NCBI GenBank assembly: GCA_001179505.1
Contig: CDMY01000688.1
Span: forward strand, 186,001 to 250,000
Reading direction: 5' to 3'
From: Vitrella brassicaformis CCMP3155
Taxonomy: Eukaryota > Protista > Chromerida
DNA length: 64,000 nt
In this document: in pieces, positions 26,300 to 38,379 of the stretch
Layout: every line of letters begins with the position of its first letter
How positions within the stretch are numbered: the first letter of the stretch is position 1
Program-made: the position numbers and the translations under genes
Notes under the pieces: generated by a model
Databases searched by the model: none
Told to the model about the DNA's origin: nothing
Seen by the model: the letters and a program-made list of their open reading frames with translations, nothing else

Positions 26300-29200
26300 C
26301 CTTGGCTGTCTGCCTGTCTTGCTTCCCCCCCCTTCTCACCCCTCATCTGTGTATATGCGCTGGCGTGTATAGCCTCTCTCTCCATGTCAGCCTACCCGCC
26401 TGCCTGTCTGGCCTCGATCGCGAATATCGTATACATATGCTGAGGGGATTTGTCAAGTCTGTCTGTTTGGCCGTTCCCTCCCTCACCATGTGCATGTCTG
26501 TCTTTAGTGTGAGGAGCCTCGTGTCTGTATGGCGGGAGGGGTGCAAGCGTGTATGCGCAGCAAGTTGTGGATACGGTGCCAGACATCTGTAGGTATTGGT
26601 CTACTTGTGTCGATAGGTGCCAGCAAACTAACTCTTTGTGGTCATACGGAGATGGACAGACAGACAGACAGACAGACACACACGGTTGCGTATGATGGTT
26701 ACGTGTTCGATCTGTGCCGCATACATACTGATCTAACATATACACATACATATATACATATATCGCATGTTGTACATGCGGCCGTGCTGCGTGTACGTGT
26801 GCACGTGTGTGTTCGTGCGGTTTGCGTTTCGTCTATCTATCGCATGGCATGAATGACATGTGGCGTGTTGATGTCCGTGTGCGTGTGGATGGTGCTCGAT
26901 CCATGATGGATGGACTCGGACTAAGTATATGTACGTGTGTGTGTGTGTGTTTGTGTACCTGCGGGTGAGAGACAAGGGATTCAACGTCCATCCCATCTTT
27001 TCATCAAGGTGGGGTTCATCCGTCCACGGCCCAGTCAGTCAAGTCTTGTTACCATCGCACACACACACACACACACACAGACACGTGTGCGCGCAGCGCA
27101 TGTGTGCACGCACACGCGAATGAATGGAGAAGAATGAATTGTGTCCGCAAACAGCAGCAGCAGCAGCACCAGCAATGCATGCAGGGAGGCACACAGTCGG
27201 GAGATGAGGAGGGAGGGAGGGAGGGAGGGAAGGAGACAAGGGCGGGAAGCATCGAAGCAGCAGCTAGGCGACCATACACGGCTGGCGGGCGATTGGGCAT
27301 CCATCCATTCATCCATCCATCCATCCACACACATCCGTACACATCCCACCGACTCACCATCACCACTCACTCACTCACTCATCAGTCGGATAAATGTGGA
27401 GGTACGCATTATTGTTATTATGTATGTATGTATGTATGCATGTATGGTGTACGCAGATATGTATGTATCATGGGATGTGTGTAAGAAAGCAGGCAGCCAG
27501 CCAGGCAGGAAGGCAGATGCGCCATCCCGTCCATCCATTGTGAGTGATTGGACCGCCCGGATATCGATCCATCAGGCCGCCGGCCAGACGAGGCGAGGCT
27601 GCCTGAATGAGAGAAAGAAGAATGACAGCAAGCCAAGCCAAGCAAGGGAGAGGGACGAGCAAGACAGAAAGAAGCCACCATTCAATCAATCAAGTCAGCC
27701 CGTCGGCCCATCAATCAGGAAACACCAGCACGTAAGACTCTCTCAAACAGGAGAATGAAGCACGGGCAGGAAGGAAGCCAGCAAGAAAGAGAGAGAGACG
27801 GCAGGGATCGCATGGCTGCATGGATGGATGAGCCGAAATCCCGTCCAAATCGGTAACGCCAGCCGCCCAGCAAGGGCAGCAGGCAGGCAGGCAGGCAAGC
27901 AAGCAGCCAGGCAGGTAAGAACATGGTGGCCTTGTCTGTCTGTCTGTCTCTCGAGAGACATTCAGACAGATGGGCCGACGGGCAGGCATTTACACAAATA
28001 CAAGTGTGCAAGATACGCCTTCGCCCCGCCCCTTCACACATACACTCACCAGAGGTAGGTGGGCAGGTCTGCCTCCCTCTCCCTGTCTTCCCATCGGTCC
28101 ATTGCACTCTCTCATGTAAACATGGACCACGTAAACAGCTCATGGCGCGGCGCTCGTCCCACAAGTGAGTGAGTGTCGATCATGCCAGGTAAAAAACTAC
28201 CAACCATTGAGTGTACCACACCACATCACACCACACCACACGACGGGATGGATCGCTCCAATCCAATTTATAGCTACACACACACACACACCACACACAC
28301 ACACACACACCCGACAGGCTCACGCGCACCCCCGCGTGAGCAGACCAGCCACAGCACCCACATCACACAACACGCACATCGCCTTCATGGTCATGAGACA
28401 CTCTTCTTCATTGGAAAAACAGCAAAGCACGTGCCGATGCACCCACTGCACACATCCATCCATCCATCCGTCCATCCATGGGACCTCGCTCCCCTGTATC
28501 TGCCCGCCTCACTCACCCACTCACACGGCTACCTACAGGCCTTACCGCACCCACCCATTCCCCTCCCTGCCTCCCGTCTACAAACACCAACACCAGCTAG
28601 ATTGCAACATCCATTCATCGCTGTGCTAGCTCAAACACCAAAATGCCCCGCCTGTTTACCATACCATAACGACTCGGCTCCTCTTTTCTTCCTCAGTACC
28701 AATCACGCATCGATCGCATAAGGCAGACAGAGACATGGACCAGAGAGGGGGAAAGTAGATGACAAGTGAATGACCAGCGCGAAACGAATGGCAAAACCTC
28801 TCTCCCTGACGGCAACAACAATCAAACCTGATGTATGTCTGTCGTCACTTCATGGTGTCCACCCGCGGACTCACTCCGGTCACTCAGTCAAGAAGAAGAC
28901 ACACAGACACACACACACACACACATTCACACACACTCAGATGCGTGGGTCCCTGTCAGCGGTGCGGTCGATCGCGCCAAACAAGCATCCGTCCATCCAA
29001 ATGCAAACCAACAACAATGCAAACAACACCTCTGGCCAACGCAGCTAGTCCGTCTGTCTGTCTGTCTATATAAAAACCAGCGTGTATGTGTGTCCTGGGG
29101 GGACGGGCGCTTACACGTACACACACATGCATGTCGAGTGAGTGGGTGAGACAAAATGGATGGCCCCACACAGAGAAAATACTGGCAGCAGCAATCGTGG

Positions 29201-31800
29201 GCGGGCGAGTGGGTGAATGGGTGGGCAAGGGAAGCATGCATCATGGCGTCATTACCGGCAGCAGCAGCAGCAGGAGGAGCGTCATCACATAACTACGTAA
29301 ATGCAGCGCAGCCATATGAGTGGTCGTAAACCGCAAAGTGGATCGCAGAGAGAGAGAGAGAGAGTGAGTGAGAGTGAGAGTGAGAGAGGGCAGGCGCCGG
29401 TGAGCAGCGAAGGGACGACCGACACTCATTGTTCCATTCATCCACTGTGAATTCATCCATCCACTCATTGGTTAAATAAGCCGGCCGGCCAATCAGCCAG
29501 CCAGCCAGGCAGCCAGTCTGTCCTCCGCTCGCTGCCCACGGCTAGAGCAGTCAGGAGAGAGAGAGAGAGAGAGCCAAAGAGCGCTAGAGGGGAGGAGAGA
29601 GAAACAGGGAAACACCGATCACCAAAGTGGCTGGCTGCTCGCTCGCTCACACACGCGCACATCAGCTACCTACGGCACACAAACGGATGAAATGAATGAT
29701 TGACTCAATGACCGGGCGCACGCAGAAAACGCATCCATCCATCCATCCATCCGTCATGCTGAATAACGTAACGCACACACGGGCAAAAATCCCTTCCCCG
29801 TCGGATTCGCCGTTCATTGCTCGCGTACGTAGATAGATATGTACGCATGCCTGTGTATGTGTATGTGTGTGTGTATGTGTGTATGTATTTGTTTATTTGT
29901 GAGAGTGTGGGTCTCCCACAGGCACCCGCAGCAGGCAAGAAGCACCCATAGCCGCGTTTTCACACACACACACGTACTGAGTGATTAGATAGGATTTGGC
30001 TGTCCGGTCGCGACGACAAAGCGACTGACACCTGAATTAATACACACACACGTACACTCAACACACCCACACACGTACACACATACACACGCACTTGCAC
30101 ACACACGTAGACACGAACATGCACGCACACACAGCACACACCAGCGCCTGCCTTATGCATGTATATATGCGTCACACACCACACCACAGAAACCACACCC
30201 ACCGTACCACACACCGCACGCACCACACACAGCCAAAAACGATCAGCTGGGCGACAGACATGTCGACCACGCACAAACACACGCGCAACGCAACGCAACG
30301 CAACGCAACGCATAGACTTACCTACGTCTGTCTGCCTGCCTGAATGCCTCATGCTCGGTACTGACGTACGTATACATATATGTGCGTATGCATTGATCAT
30401 CGCCCCCCATTGAAACGAGTGAGCGTGGAAATAGCCAGCCAGCAAGCCAACGACACTAAACACCCACCGACGTACTCACCTCTCCCTGGCTACGTAGCAA
30501 GGCGCAGCGCAACACACGCACACGCACACGGACGAAAACCAAAGATAAAACACCATTCATTCAAGGGAAACCAAGCACCAGCAGCGATCCACAGGCAGGC
30601 AGACACAGCAAGAGGAAGGAACAGACAGATAGACAGGCAGACAGGCAGACACGCAGACAGGCAGACAGGCAGGTCGGCATGCATTTGGGGAGGTAATTAG
30701 ACAGACAAAAATACCGATAGAGGTAGCACGTCAGCCAGCCAGCCAGCCAGCGAGATTCAAAGAGCCATCCAGCAAGCGACACACGCAACGCAGCGCAATG
30801 CCACGCCACACCACACCACACAACAAGTCACACACATCGACCGCCACTCTGCCCATGTCAGTGGCTTCCTCTCTCACTCAATCGAGCCTGCCTCCTCTTC
30901 AATCTCTCCAGCTGTCTTCATGTCCGTCTTTCCGTGAGGTTGATGTGTGTGCGACCGAGACAGAGGAGAGATAGAAGGCATGCCAGCTACTTGTGGACAC
31001 AATCCTCCCTCCCCTCTCTCATCACACACACAAAAAACAGTACTTTGGAACAAAGCCGGCGACACACACACCCGCGCACACACACACACACACACGGGAT
31101 GGAAAACCGTGTGGGCGCATCCATGGATGCAGTCATGCATCCATCCGTCTGTCCGGTAACGAGTGGCTGGTCTCGTTCGACGCATGTACGAAAAGACCAG
31201 CCTGCTTGCGTCTCTGCGCCCACTCCCTACTCCTACCTAGTTCCCCTTAGCCAGTTACATATACACCCCCGCGACGAACCCCAATTTCCCCTACCCCACC
31301 CACCCATTATACAGACATTACATACATACGTACATAGATGTCCACTCATCGCCTGTCTCTTTCACCTTCACAAGTCCTTTACTCCCTCCCTCCCTCCCTC
31401 CCTCCCTCGCTGTCTGGCTCGATCCGCGCCGCGCCCGCGCAGCTGTACGGGCTGTCACGTATCACTGCTCCTAGACGGAAGGAATGACAGACGGATGATT
31501 GGACGTCTCACTCACTCGATGCGATGTGATGCGATGGATGGATGGAATGAACAAAATGGCCGTCACAACACAGCAAACACAACACAAACAATAATCCTAC
31601 CTACCCCTTCTTGCCTGTCTATCTGTCTGTCCGCCCCCTCCCCATTGCATCTCCTTCCCTGTCTGTCTGCCTGTGTGGAAACACCACACACATGCCAGCC
31701 ACAAGCAGGCGGCTAACCACACACCACAGCACAACACACCAAGACACAACCTACGTACCAACCAGAAGCCAGTCCCCGCACCCACCCATAGCAGAGAAAA
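26300..31800. repeat. 5.5-kb gene-free region dense in mixed microsatellites: (CA)n, (CAGA)n, (CCAT)n, (GA)n, (GCCA)n, (GGCA)n, (TATG)n, (CAACG)n, (CACCA)n
   Basis: Repeats are directly visible. All ORFs here are low-complexity repeat translations. The region lies between two convergent 3' ends. Confidence 0.85.
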
Positions 31801-31831
31801 GAAAGCATCACGGCGCGTGACCTCCTGTGAG

Positions 31832-34800
31832 TCACAGGCAGTCGTAGTCGCTGGCGAGCTGTCTCTTGAGAGATGGGCTGGGCACGCTCGTCTCGCGTGG
31901 CCGGGAGTTCTCCACCGTATGAATGGCGCCCGACACGAGAAATATGACAGCGAAGACCAGGTAGAGGAACAGATACAGCTTGCGGCGGTCCTTCAGCTGT
32001 CGCTCCTCCCTCTCAGCCTCATCGTTTGCTGCTGACGGGTGAGAGGCCTTGTCGTCATCGGCCGGGCCCTTGAGGTAGTCGACCAGCGACGGCAGGCCGG
32101 CGGGTGCAGCGAAACCCAGCTCCACCAGGTCGTCACCCGTCCAGTCGCCGTGGCCGATGTGCGACGATCCGACAGTCGCATTGGTCTCGGCCGCCTCGCT
32201 CTGCACGTCGGGCATGGCGCTTGACTCGTCGGCCTCTTCGCTGCTGCACTCGGCCACGGTGGGCAGGGGGCGGGGGGAAGGGGGCGGCATCATCGCGTGA
32301 ATCGCCTCCGTCTCGCAGTACCGCGTGATGGACGCTGGATGCCACGCCATGCGGTCGATTTGGTCGCTCAAGTGAACATGGCTCATACTTGGGGATCCGC
32401 TGTGGAGCGAGTAGCGCTCCTCGCGCAGGCAGCCCACACCTGCACCCATCGATGGCGGGGTGATGGACGACGATACGGACGAGGTGACACTGACGTGGAC
32501 GCCCGCCTCGCTGTAAAAGAAGGGCGGCACTGGCGCGGATGTGTGGGAGTGCTCGGATGCTGTGCGCGGTGTGGTGGTGCAGCGGGAGGTCAGATCGGAC
32601 GACAAGAGCGACTGGGAGTCAGCTCCACGAGGCTTGCGGACCTGGAAGACGGATGGACGGACACAAAAGGAAAATGTCTAGGCATGTCAGGAAGCAATCG
32701 TGTGTGGGTGTCTGTGGCTTCTCCTGACCTTGAGCGGTGGCACGGACAAGTTTAGGTGCGTCTTGGATGAGCTGCCGCAGCCCGACAGCGACAAAGGCGA
32801 GGGGTCATCGGACATGACGCTCTCAGCGGCCATGGTGACGTCTTCCTGCTCCCGACATATCGCCCCATCGCAGTCCTCGCTCGTCAGGCTGCGCGTCAGG
32901 ACGGGAAAGGGGTCACATTGCTGCAAACGGCGCCCGTACATGCGCAAGCAGTCGTCGTAGTCGGGCAGCGTAACGGTCGACGGCGCGTACGCGGCGAACC
33001 GTCGCTCGCTGTCGATATCGAAAGGGCCCTGATTGGCATCATAGCACACGTCAGTGTCGCCATCAAGGTCCGTCTTGACTGCCAGCGACAGCTGCCCACT
33101 CTCGTGCTCCCGAAAGTCGCTGCTGGACGGCGACAGGTCGCCGGCCGATGAGGGGGGGCTGGGGAAGTCGCCCTTGTCGCCCAGCATGAAGGCCGCCACG
33201 GGCTTGACCAGCTCCACACCCGGCACAGACCGGCAGGTGAAGCGGGGCAACACCGACGCCTCAGAGGTGTGTGATGAAGGCAGGTCGGACCGATAGGTCG
33301 ACAAGCTGCTCCTCCTCTCGCCACTGCCTCGCGAGGGCTTGCACTTGAAAACCGACGGCGTGTTGACGTGGATTTCCCTCAGGCCGTCGCGGCTCCTCTG
33401 GCTCTCCCTCTGCAGCTCGTGCAGCGGCAGGCGGGGGATCTCGGGGAGGGACCGCCGCGACGAGCACGGGGGGATCTTCTGCGCCACCAGCGACTCGCTG
33501 TCCTCCGACTGTCCTTTGGCGCGCAGGGAGAGCCGCGGCACCGTATTGTCATGGGAGATGAGGGATGTGGCTGTGGATGACGAGAATGTCCTCCTGCCGC
33601 TACTGACCCTCACTGCGGCTGAGCTGTGCAGCGTCTGCAGCATGCTTTCCAGTCCAGCCACGTTCTGCTCGGTCGGCCGCAACGGGTGCAGAGGGGTCTT
33701 CATGATCTCGTCCTCGTGTGCCCCGCCATCGCGCTCCCCCCTGGCTCTCGCCGGTGTCACCTGCAGCACGTGGCCCCCTCCCTGTATCTTGAGACCACGT
33801 GGTGACATCTTCTGTCGGCCCCATTGCTTGGGCACCGGCGTCTTGGGCGGGGCCAGGTACGCTGCCGACCGATAGAGGGCGTCTGCGTCGGCCGATGTGG
33901 GTGTGATGGGGGCGGATGTCGACTGGCCCTGCTGTGGGTGCCTGCGCTTGGGAGCGAGTCGCTGCAGCTGGTTGATGGTCTGCTCCGTGAGGGTGTCGCC
34001 CTCCACCACACTGGACGACAGGGCCGGGACGTGCTCGGTGCTGGCGTAGCCCATAGACGACGATGCCGGCGCCAAATGGTAGGACACCGTCGTCATGTTG
34101 GAGGGCGTGTTGGAGGGGAATGAGCTGTCGAAGGTGCTCGGCTGGGCTGAGACGGTTGTGGTGCCCGTCAGGCTGCGATAGAGGCCCGCCCGATGCCCCG
34201 ACTGGTCGCCGGGGGGCGTCAAGGCTGTTGGGGGGAGGGTGTCTTGCGACAGTGAGCCTGCCATCGTTGTCGGTGTGTAAGTCCGCATCAGGCCGTGCTC
34301 GTTGCGTATCCCGCTCGTCGCCGTCAGGTCGCCGTCGCCATCTCCCTCGCCCTCCTCTTCATTCACCTCCACAGAGACGCACAGCGCCGGGACATTGCTG
34401 CGATCGCCCCTGTCGCGACCCCGCTTCATGATCGATGAAAGCGGGCCGCCCTTCTCCAGGTTATCCCGTGACCGAGCGAGCTTCCGTGAGAAGGCGTGCA
34501 CCGGGTGGCATTCGTCGTCTGCTGCCTCGAACGACCCCATTGATGAGCCGAATATGGGTGTCTTCTGCTTGCGCATGACAGGGCCGTCCATCTCGAATGG
34601 ATCGCCGTCTGATGGGGTGCCGTCGTCGTTGTAGAGATTCTTGAGGGTCATGGGGCGGCCTTGGGATAACGAGATGCGCCTGAACCGCCGACGGAAGGCC
34701 CATGTGGAGGCAATCACCTCGACAGTCTCCAGCACGACCAGCGCCAAAAAGGCATACACCATGTTCTGCCACACAGACACATCCATGCAAAGATACAAAC

Positions 34801-36815
34801 GAATGGTAGGTGGGGCGCTGTCTAGGGTCAGTCAAGTGGTGGGTGGCCTCACATGTGCGTGGATGAGTGTTCCCGGTCTCGATAGTGCGGGGGCGCCAAT
34901 GTCGTTTGACAGCAGAGCAATCTCGGCCACCAGAGCGACGGGAGGGATCCACGCGGCGATGAAAGCCGACGAGAGATTCGTCTCCTCTTGCCTGCATGCA
35001 TCACATCCATGGCGCACAACACGCAATTAGCATGAATGTATGTATCCATCCATGCACCGCACTTGTGCACTCACTCACCTGTATAGGTACCACCACAGAT
35101 TGTTCATATGTCGGTCGTGCTTCACACCACACACCCATCGCAGACCCTTCTGACCCAAACACCACAAAAGCACACGACACAAAGGAGAAGGCAGAACCAT
35201 TCAGCATGTTCTGGGAGTCTGTCGGCTTCTATCCACGTGCAAATTCTGTACCTCGAGGAAGCAGCCTCGGCTGGCCACGACGGCGGTGCGTATCGCGTTT
35301 CTGGCGAGCACTGCGAAGCCCAGAGCAAAAAACTCATACGAGAAGGGCTCGATGTTGCAGAACATGAGGGCCAGGAAGAGGTCGGCGGCGAAGGTGAAGA
35401 CGAACGACACCAGCGGCACCAGGTGGAAGGGGAACGCGAGGCGGGCAGACAGCCGGAAACACAAACTGATCACCTCAAACGCCGCATAGAAGATGACAAC
35501 GACCCCGATCTGGTGGATCGCCTGATACATCATCCAAGATACACACAGAGAAGATGCGAACAGCGGTGGTCCGTTTGACACTTTCGTTGCTTACCGATAT
35601 CCCTGATTCGCTGAGCAGGTCATAGCACGCTCCGCCGAGCAGTGAAGGCAGGAAGATGAGCACGAGCGACAGGAACAGCAGGATGGCATCGTCGGATTTC
35701 ATGTCAGCATCACAGGCCAGCTGACAGCGGGGCTCCTCACCCTCCTTCCCGCCACCACCGCAAGGATGCAGGAGGCGCCCCACGAGGCCGACGGCCTTGA
35801 TGCACAAGTCGCGGACTTGACTGAAGCGCTTCTGCCACTCCTCCGATCCATGCCTGCTCAGCAGCCTCTGCACCGCCGTGTTGTCTCGTGGCGTGCTGTT
35901 GGTCGTGTCGACACGCGGCAGGCTGTTGTGTGCCGCAAGCGACGCCTCCGCATTAAAGATGGGCGAGACGAACTCTCGCGGCCGCGGGATCTTGCTGCGA
36001 TTGATGAGCAGGTACGATGACCACAGCAAGAAGCAGATGGCCACGCCGAGGTAGGAGAGGTTGAGGGGAGTCGCTGCATTGTAGTAGATCATCCAGCCGA
36101 AGTCCTCCAGTGCCGTCAGGATGATGGCGGGGATCAGCACCAGCCAAAGGAATGATGTGCAGATGTTCTTGGGTCGGAACATCATGGGCACGGCGACCAC
36201 AGCGGTGATGTAGTAGAGCATCTCGCACGCGAACTTGATGTTGTAGCGGTAGGACTGCATCAAGCACAGCCGACCCGACAGGTCCCTGGCTGTGGCCGCC
36301 ACGACAAGCACGAGGCTCATGATGCTCCCTCTCCAAAACATCTTGCTGGGCGTCAGGCGGCCTGGGTACCGGATGCCCCACATGAACATGACGGTGAGGT
36401 ACTGAGCCGGCTTGTAGATCAGCGTGAACTCCACCGTCTTCGGCACGAACCGCAGAGGGAAGTCAATGTTGCTCACCACGATCAAGCAGTTGACTGCGGC
36501 GGCCGTCAGCAGCGCGATGAACAGCAGCCGAAACGTCACCAGCGACAGGTGGCCACGCAGTGACGCACACAGCCCGCCTTCCCGCCAGTGTTGCTGTGGT
36601 TGCCGCTGCGGGCCGAGCCGGCACTGTATGACGCAGCAGCGTGTCTCCCATTTGCGCTGGCTGCCGCCTCCTCTGCTTGCTTCGTCTGAGGGCTCGAGCG
36701 AGACATCTTGGTCGGCGTGTTTCGCCTGGGCAAGCTTGACGTGGCCGACAGATGAGGGAGGGAACGAGGGAGAGGCGGACGCCATGGGACGCGAAGACCT
36801 GTTGGACGCCTTCAT
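31832..36815 (-). CDS. Polytopic membrane protein: ~12 N-terminal hydrophobic segments, a ~900-aa Ser/Pro-rich loop and one C-terminal TM helix; family not recognised
   Basis: Long ORFs 35475-36965, 35201-35581, 34832-35026, 32687-34798 and 31832-32605 carry hydrophobic helices (e.g. FRLLFIALLTAAAVNCLIVV, FLWLVLIPAIILTAL, YLGVAICFLLWSSYLLI, MVYAFLALVVLETVEVIA, LYLFLYLVFAVIFLVSGAI). The start codon is uncertain. Confidence 0.75.
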
Positions 36816-37129
36816 CGTTAGCTCAGGCGTCTCCTCAGGAGAAGCAGCACTCCTGGCTCTCCCAGGCCTCAGTACAGCAGCATGTGAGATCTCCGGACAT
36901 GCCTTTTGTTTCTCAGGTCCGCCGGTGGCTGTTGCCTGACTGTGTCGACAGAGGAAGGGAAGCAAAGCACCAGAAACGGGAGGTCAGATCTGTCACAAAC
37001 AACGATCCAGGCTCGCAGGTTGCGACGATGCTTGTCAACTGCTGCTTCACTGTGAAAGATCTCCCTGTGCTGCAGTTGACGTGAATCAGCGTGAATTGGG
37101 CCCCGATCTATGCATTCCTTACAGATACG

Positions 37130-38014
37130 ATGAAGCAATTGTTAACCGTTGCCGCTTGCTTCATCACAGCGCTGGCGTCGGCTGCCAGGACTGCACTGCG
37201 GAGCCCCCTCTTTGTCAGCAACGCTGCTTCAATCCCAAGACCCTCTCGTGAAGCCAGAAGGGCAACCATCACACGAGCAAACGCTGCTCAGAACGTTTGC
37301 GGCGGTTCACTTGAGTGCTGCTGCGCAGGTGGGTGAGCCAGAAAGCAAAGCGGCCTTGATCTATCGCTGGTGGTTGTCCTGCCTGTGTGCACAAACAGAG
37401 CCGTATCAGACTGGCTTCTACCGCGATGGATATTGCAACACAGGTAAGGTAGGTAACACATCGATTGATTGATGGCCTGCATGCCTGTTGATGAGTGTGA
37501 ATCGGATAATACGTCCAATACAGGCCCATCAGACTTCGGGACACACACCGTCTGCGCGAAGGTAGGAAGTCCTTGATGAGCACGCAGTTTGACTGTTTCT
37601 TACAATGTGCGTGTTGTGTACTTTGTGCACAGGTGACTGACACTTTTCTCCAGTACACCAAGGCGAAAGGCAACAACCTCAGTGATCCGGTGCCGCAATA
37701 CAACTTTCCTGGCCTGAAGGAAGGGTCGCTGTGGTGAGCCTTGAAAGCATGAGTCACAAACGGTGCGAATTGAAGCATGCAATGTGTGTCTTCTGTGCAG
37801 GTGTCTGTGTGCGTCACGGTGGCTGGAGGCGCATGAAGCCGGAGTCGCTCCGCCAGTAAAGACACACGAGCACCACCGGTGCTTGTGCATGTTTGGCGCG
37901 TGTCTTCAGATATACTTGAAGAGGACTCACAGCAAGACGCTTGAGACCATTGACATGTCTATCCTGCAGCAGTACGCTCTAGACGCTGGGATTGACGTGG
38001 CTGTGCCCTCTTGA
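37130..38014 (+). CDS. DUF2237-family protein with a bipartite (signal plus transit) leader; 6 exons
   Basis: Spliced product ...QNVCGGSLECCCA|EPYQTGFYRDGYCNTG|PSDFGTHTVCAK|VTDTFLQYTKAKGNNLSDPVPQYNFPGLKEGSLW|CLCASRWLEAHEAGVAPP|IYLKRTHSKTLE carries DUF2237 motifs (TGF.RDG.C, H.VCA, GN.LS.P.P...FPGL, WCLCA.RW). Confidence 0.93.
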
Positions 38015-38379
38015 AGAGGATGACGTCATGGAACGAGGGCATGTCTGACAGTGTAGTGAGTGGATGTACAGTGAGTGTATGTGAATCGATTGAGACTCCC
38101 TGTTTTTCTCCTGTGTGCTGTCATTGAATGATCTCTTCGCCTGCCAAGAAGCCCGATCACATGCACTGAAGGGATGGATGAGGCGACTGACCACACACGC
38201 ATACACATACAAGGGGTGGAAGGGGTCGATAGCTATACAAGTCACACACTGTCTTGTATACAGTGGACCCACGCCATGCCACAGACAGATGTACACGCAT
38301 TACCCATTGGTCAGTCAATTCACACGCTATGTGCCGTCCGTCCGACCGGTCGTCATGAGCACATGCGGACCGGGTGGCA

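Noticed and set aside
26289-26307. TCCGTAGCCATCCTTGGCT resembles the dinoflagellate spliced leader (DCCGTAGCCATTTTGGCTCAAG)
   Set aside because: It overlaps the peptidase's last codon and stop (CCG TAG), lacks the terminal CAAG, needs a mismatch plus an insertion, and is not upstream of a gene. Most likely chance.
27000-31700. Many 60-260-aa ORFs rich in HT, CV, QTDR and PSIH
   Set aside because: Translations of (CA)n, (GT)n, (CAGA)n and (CCAT)n microsatellites.
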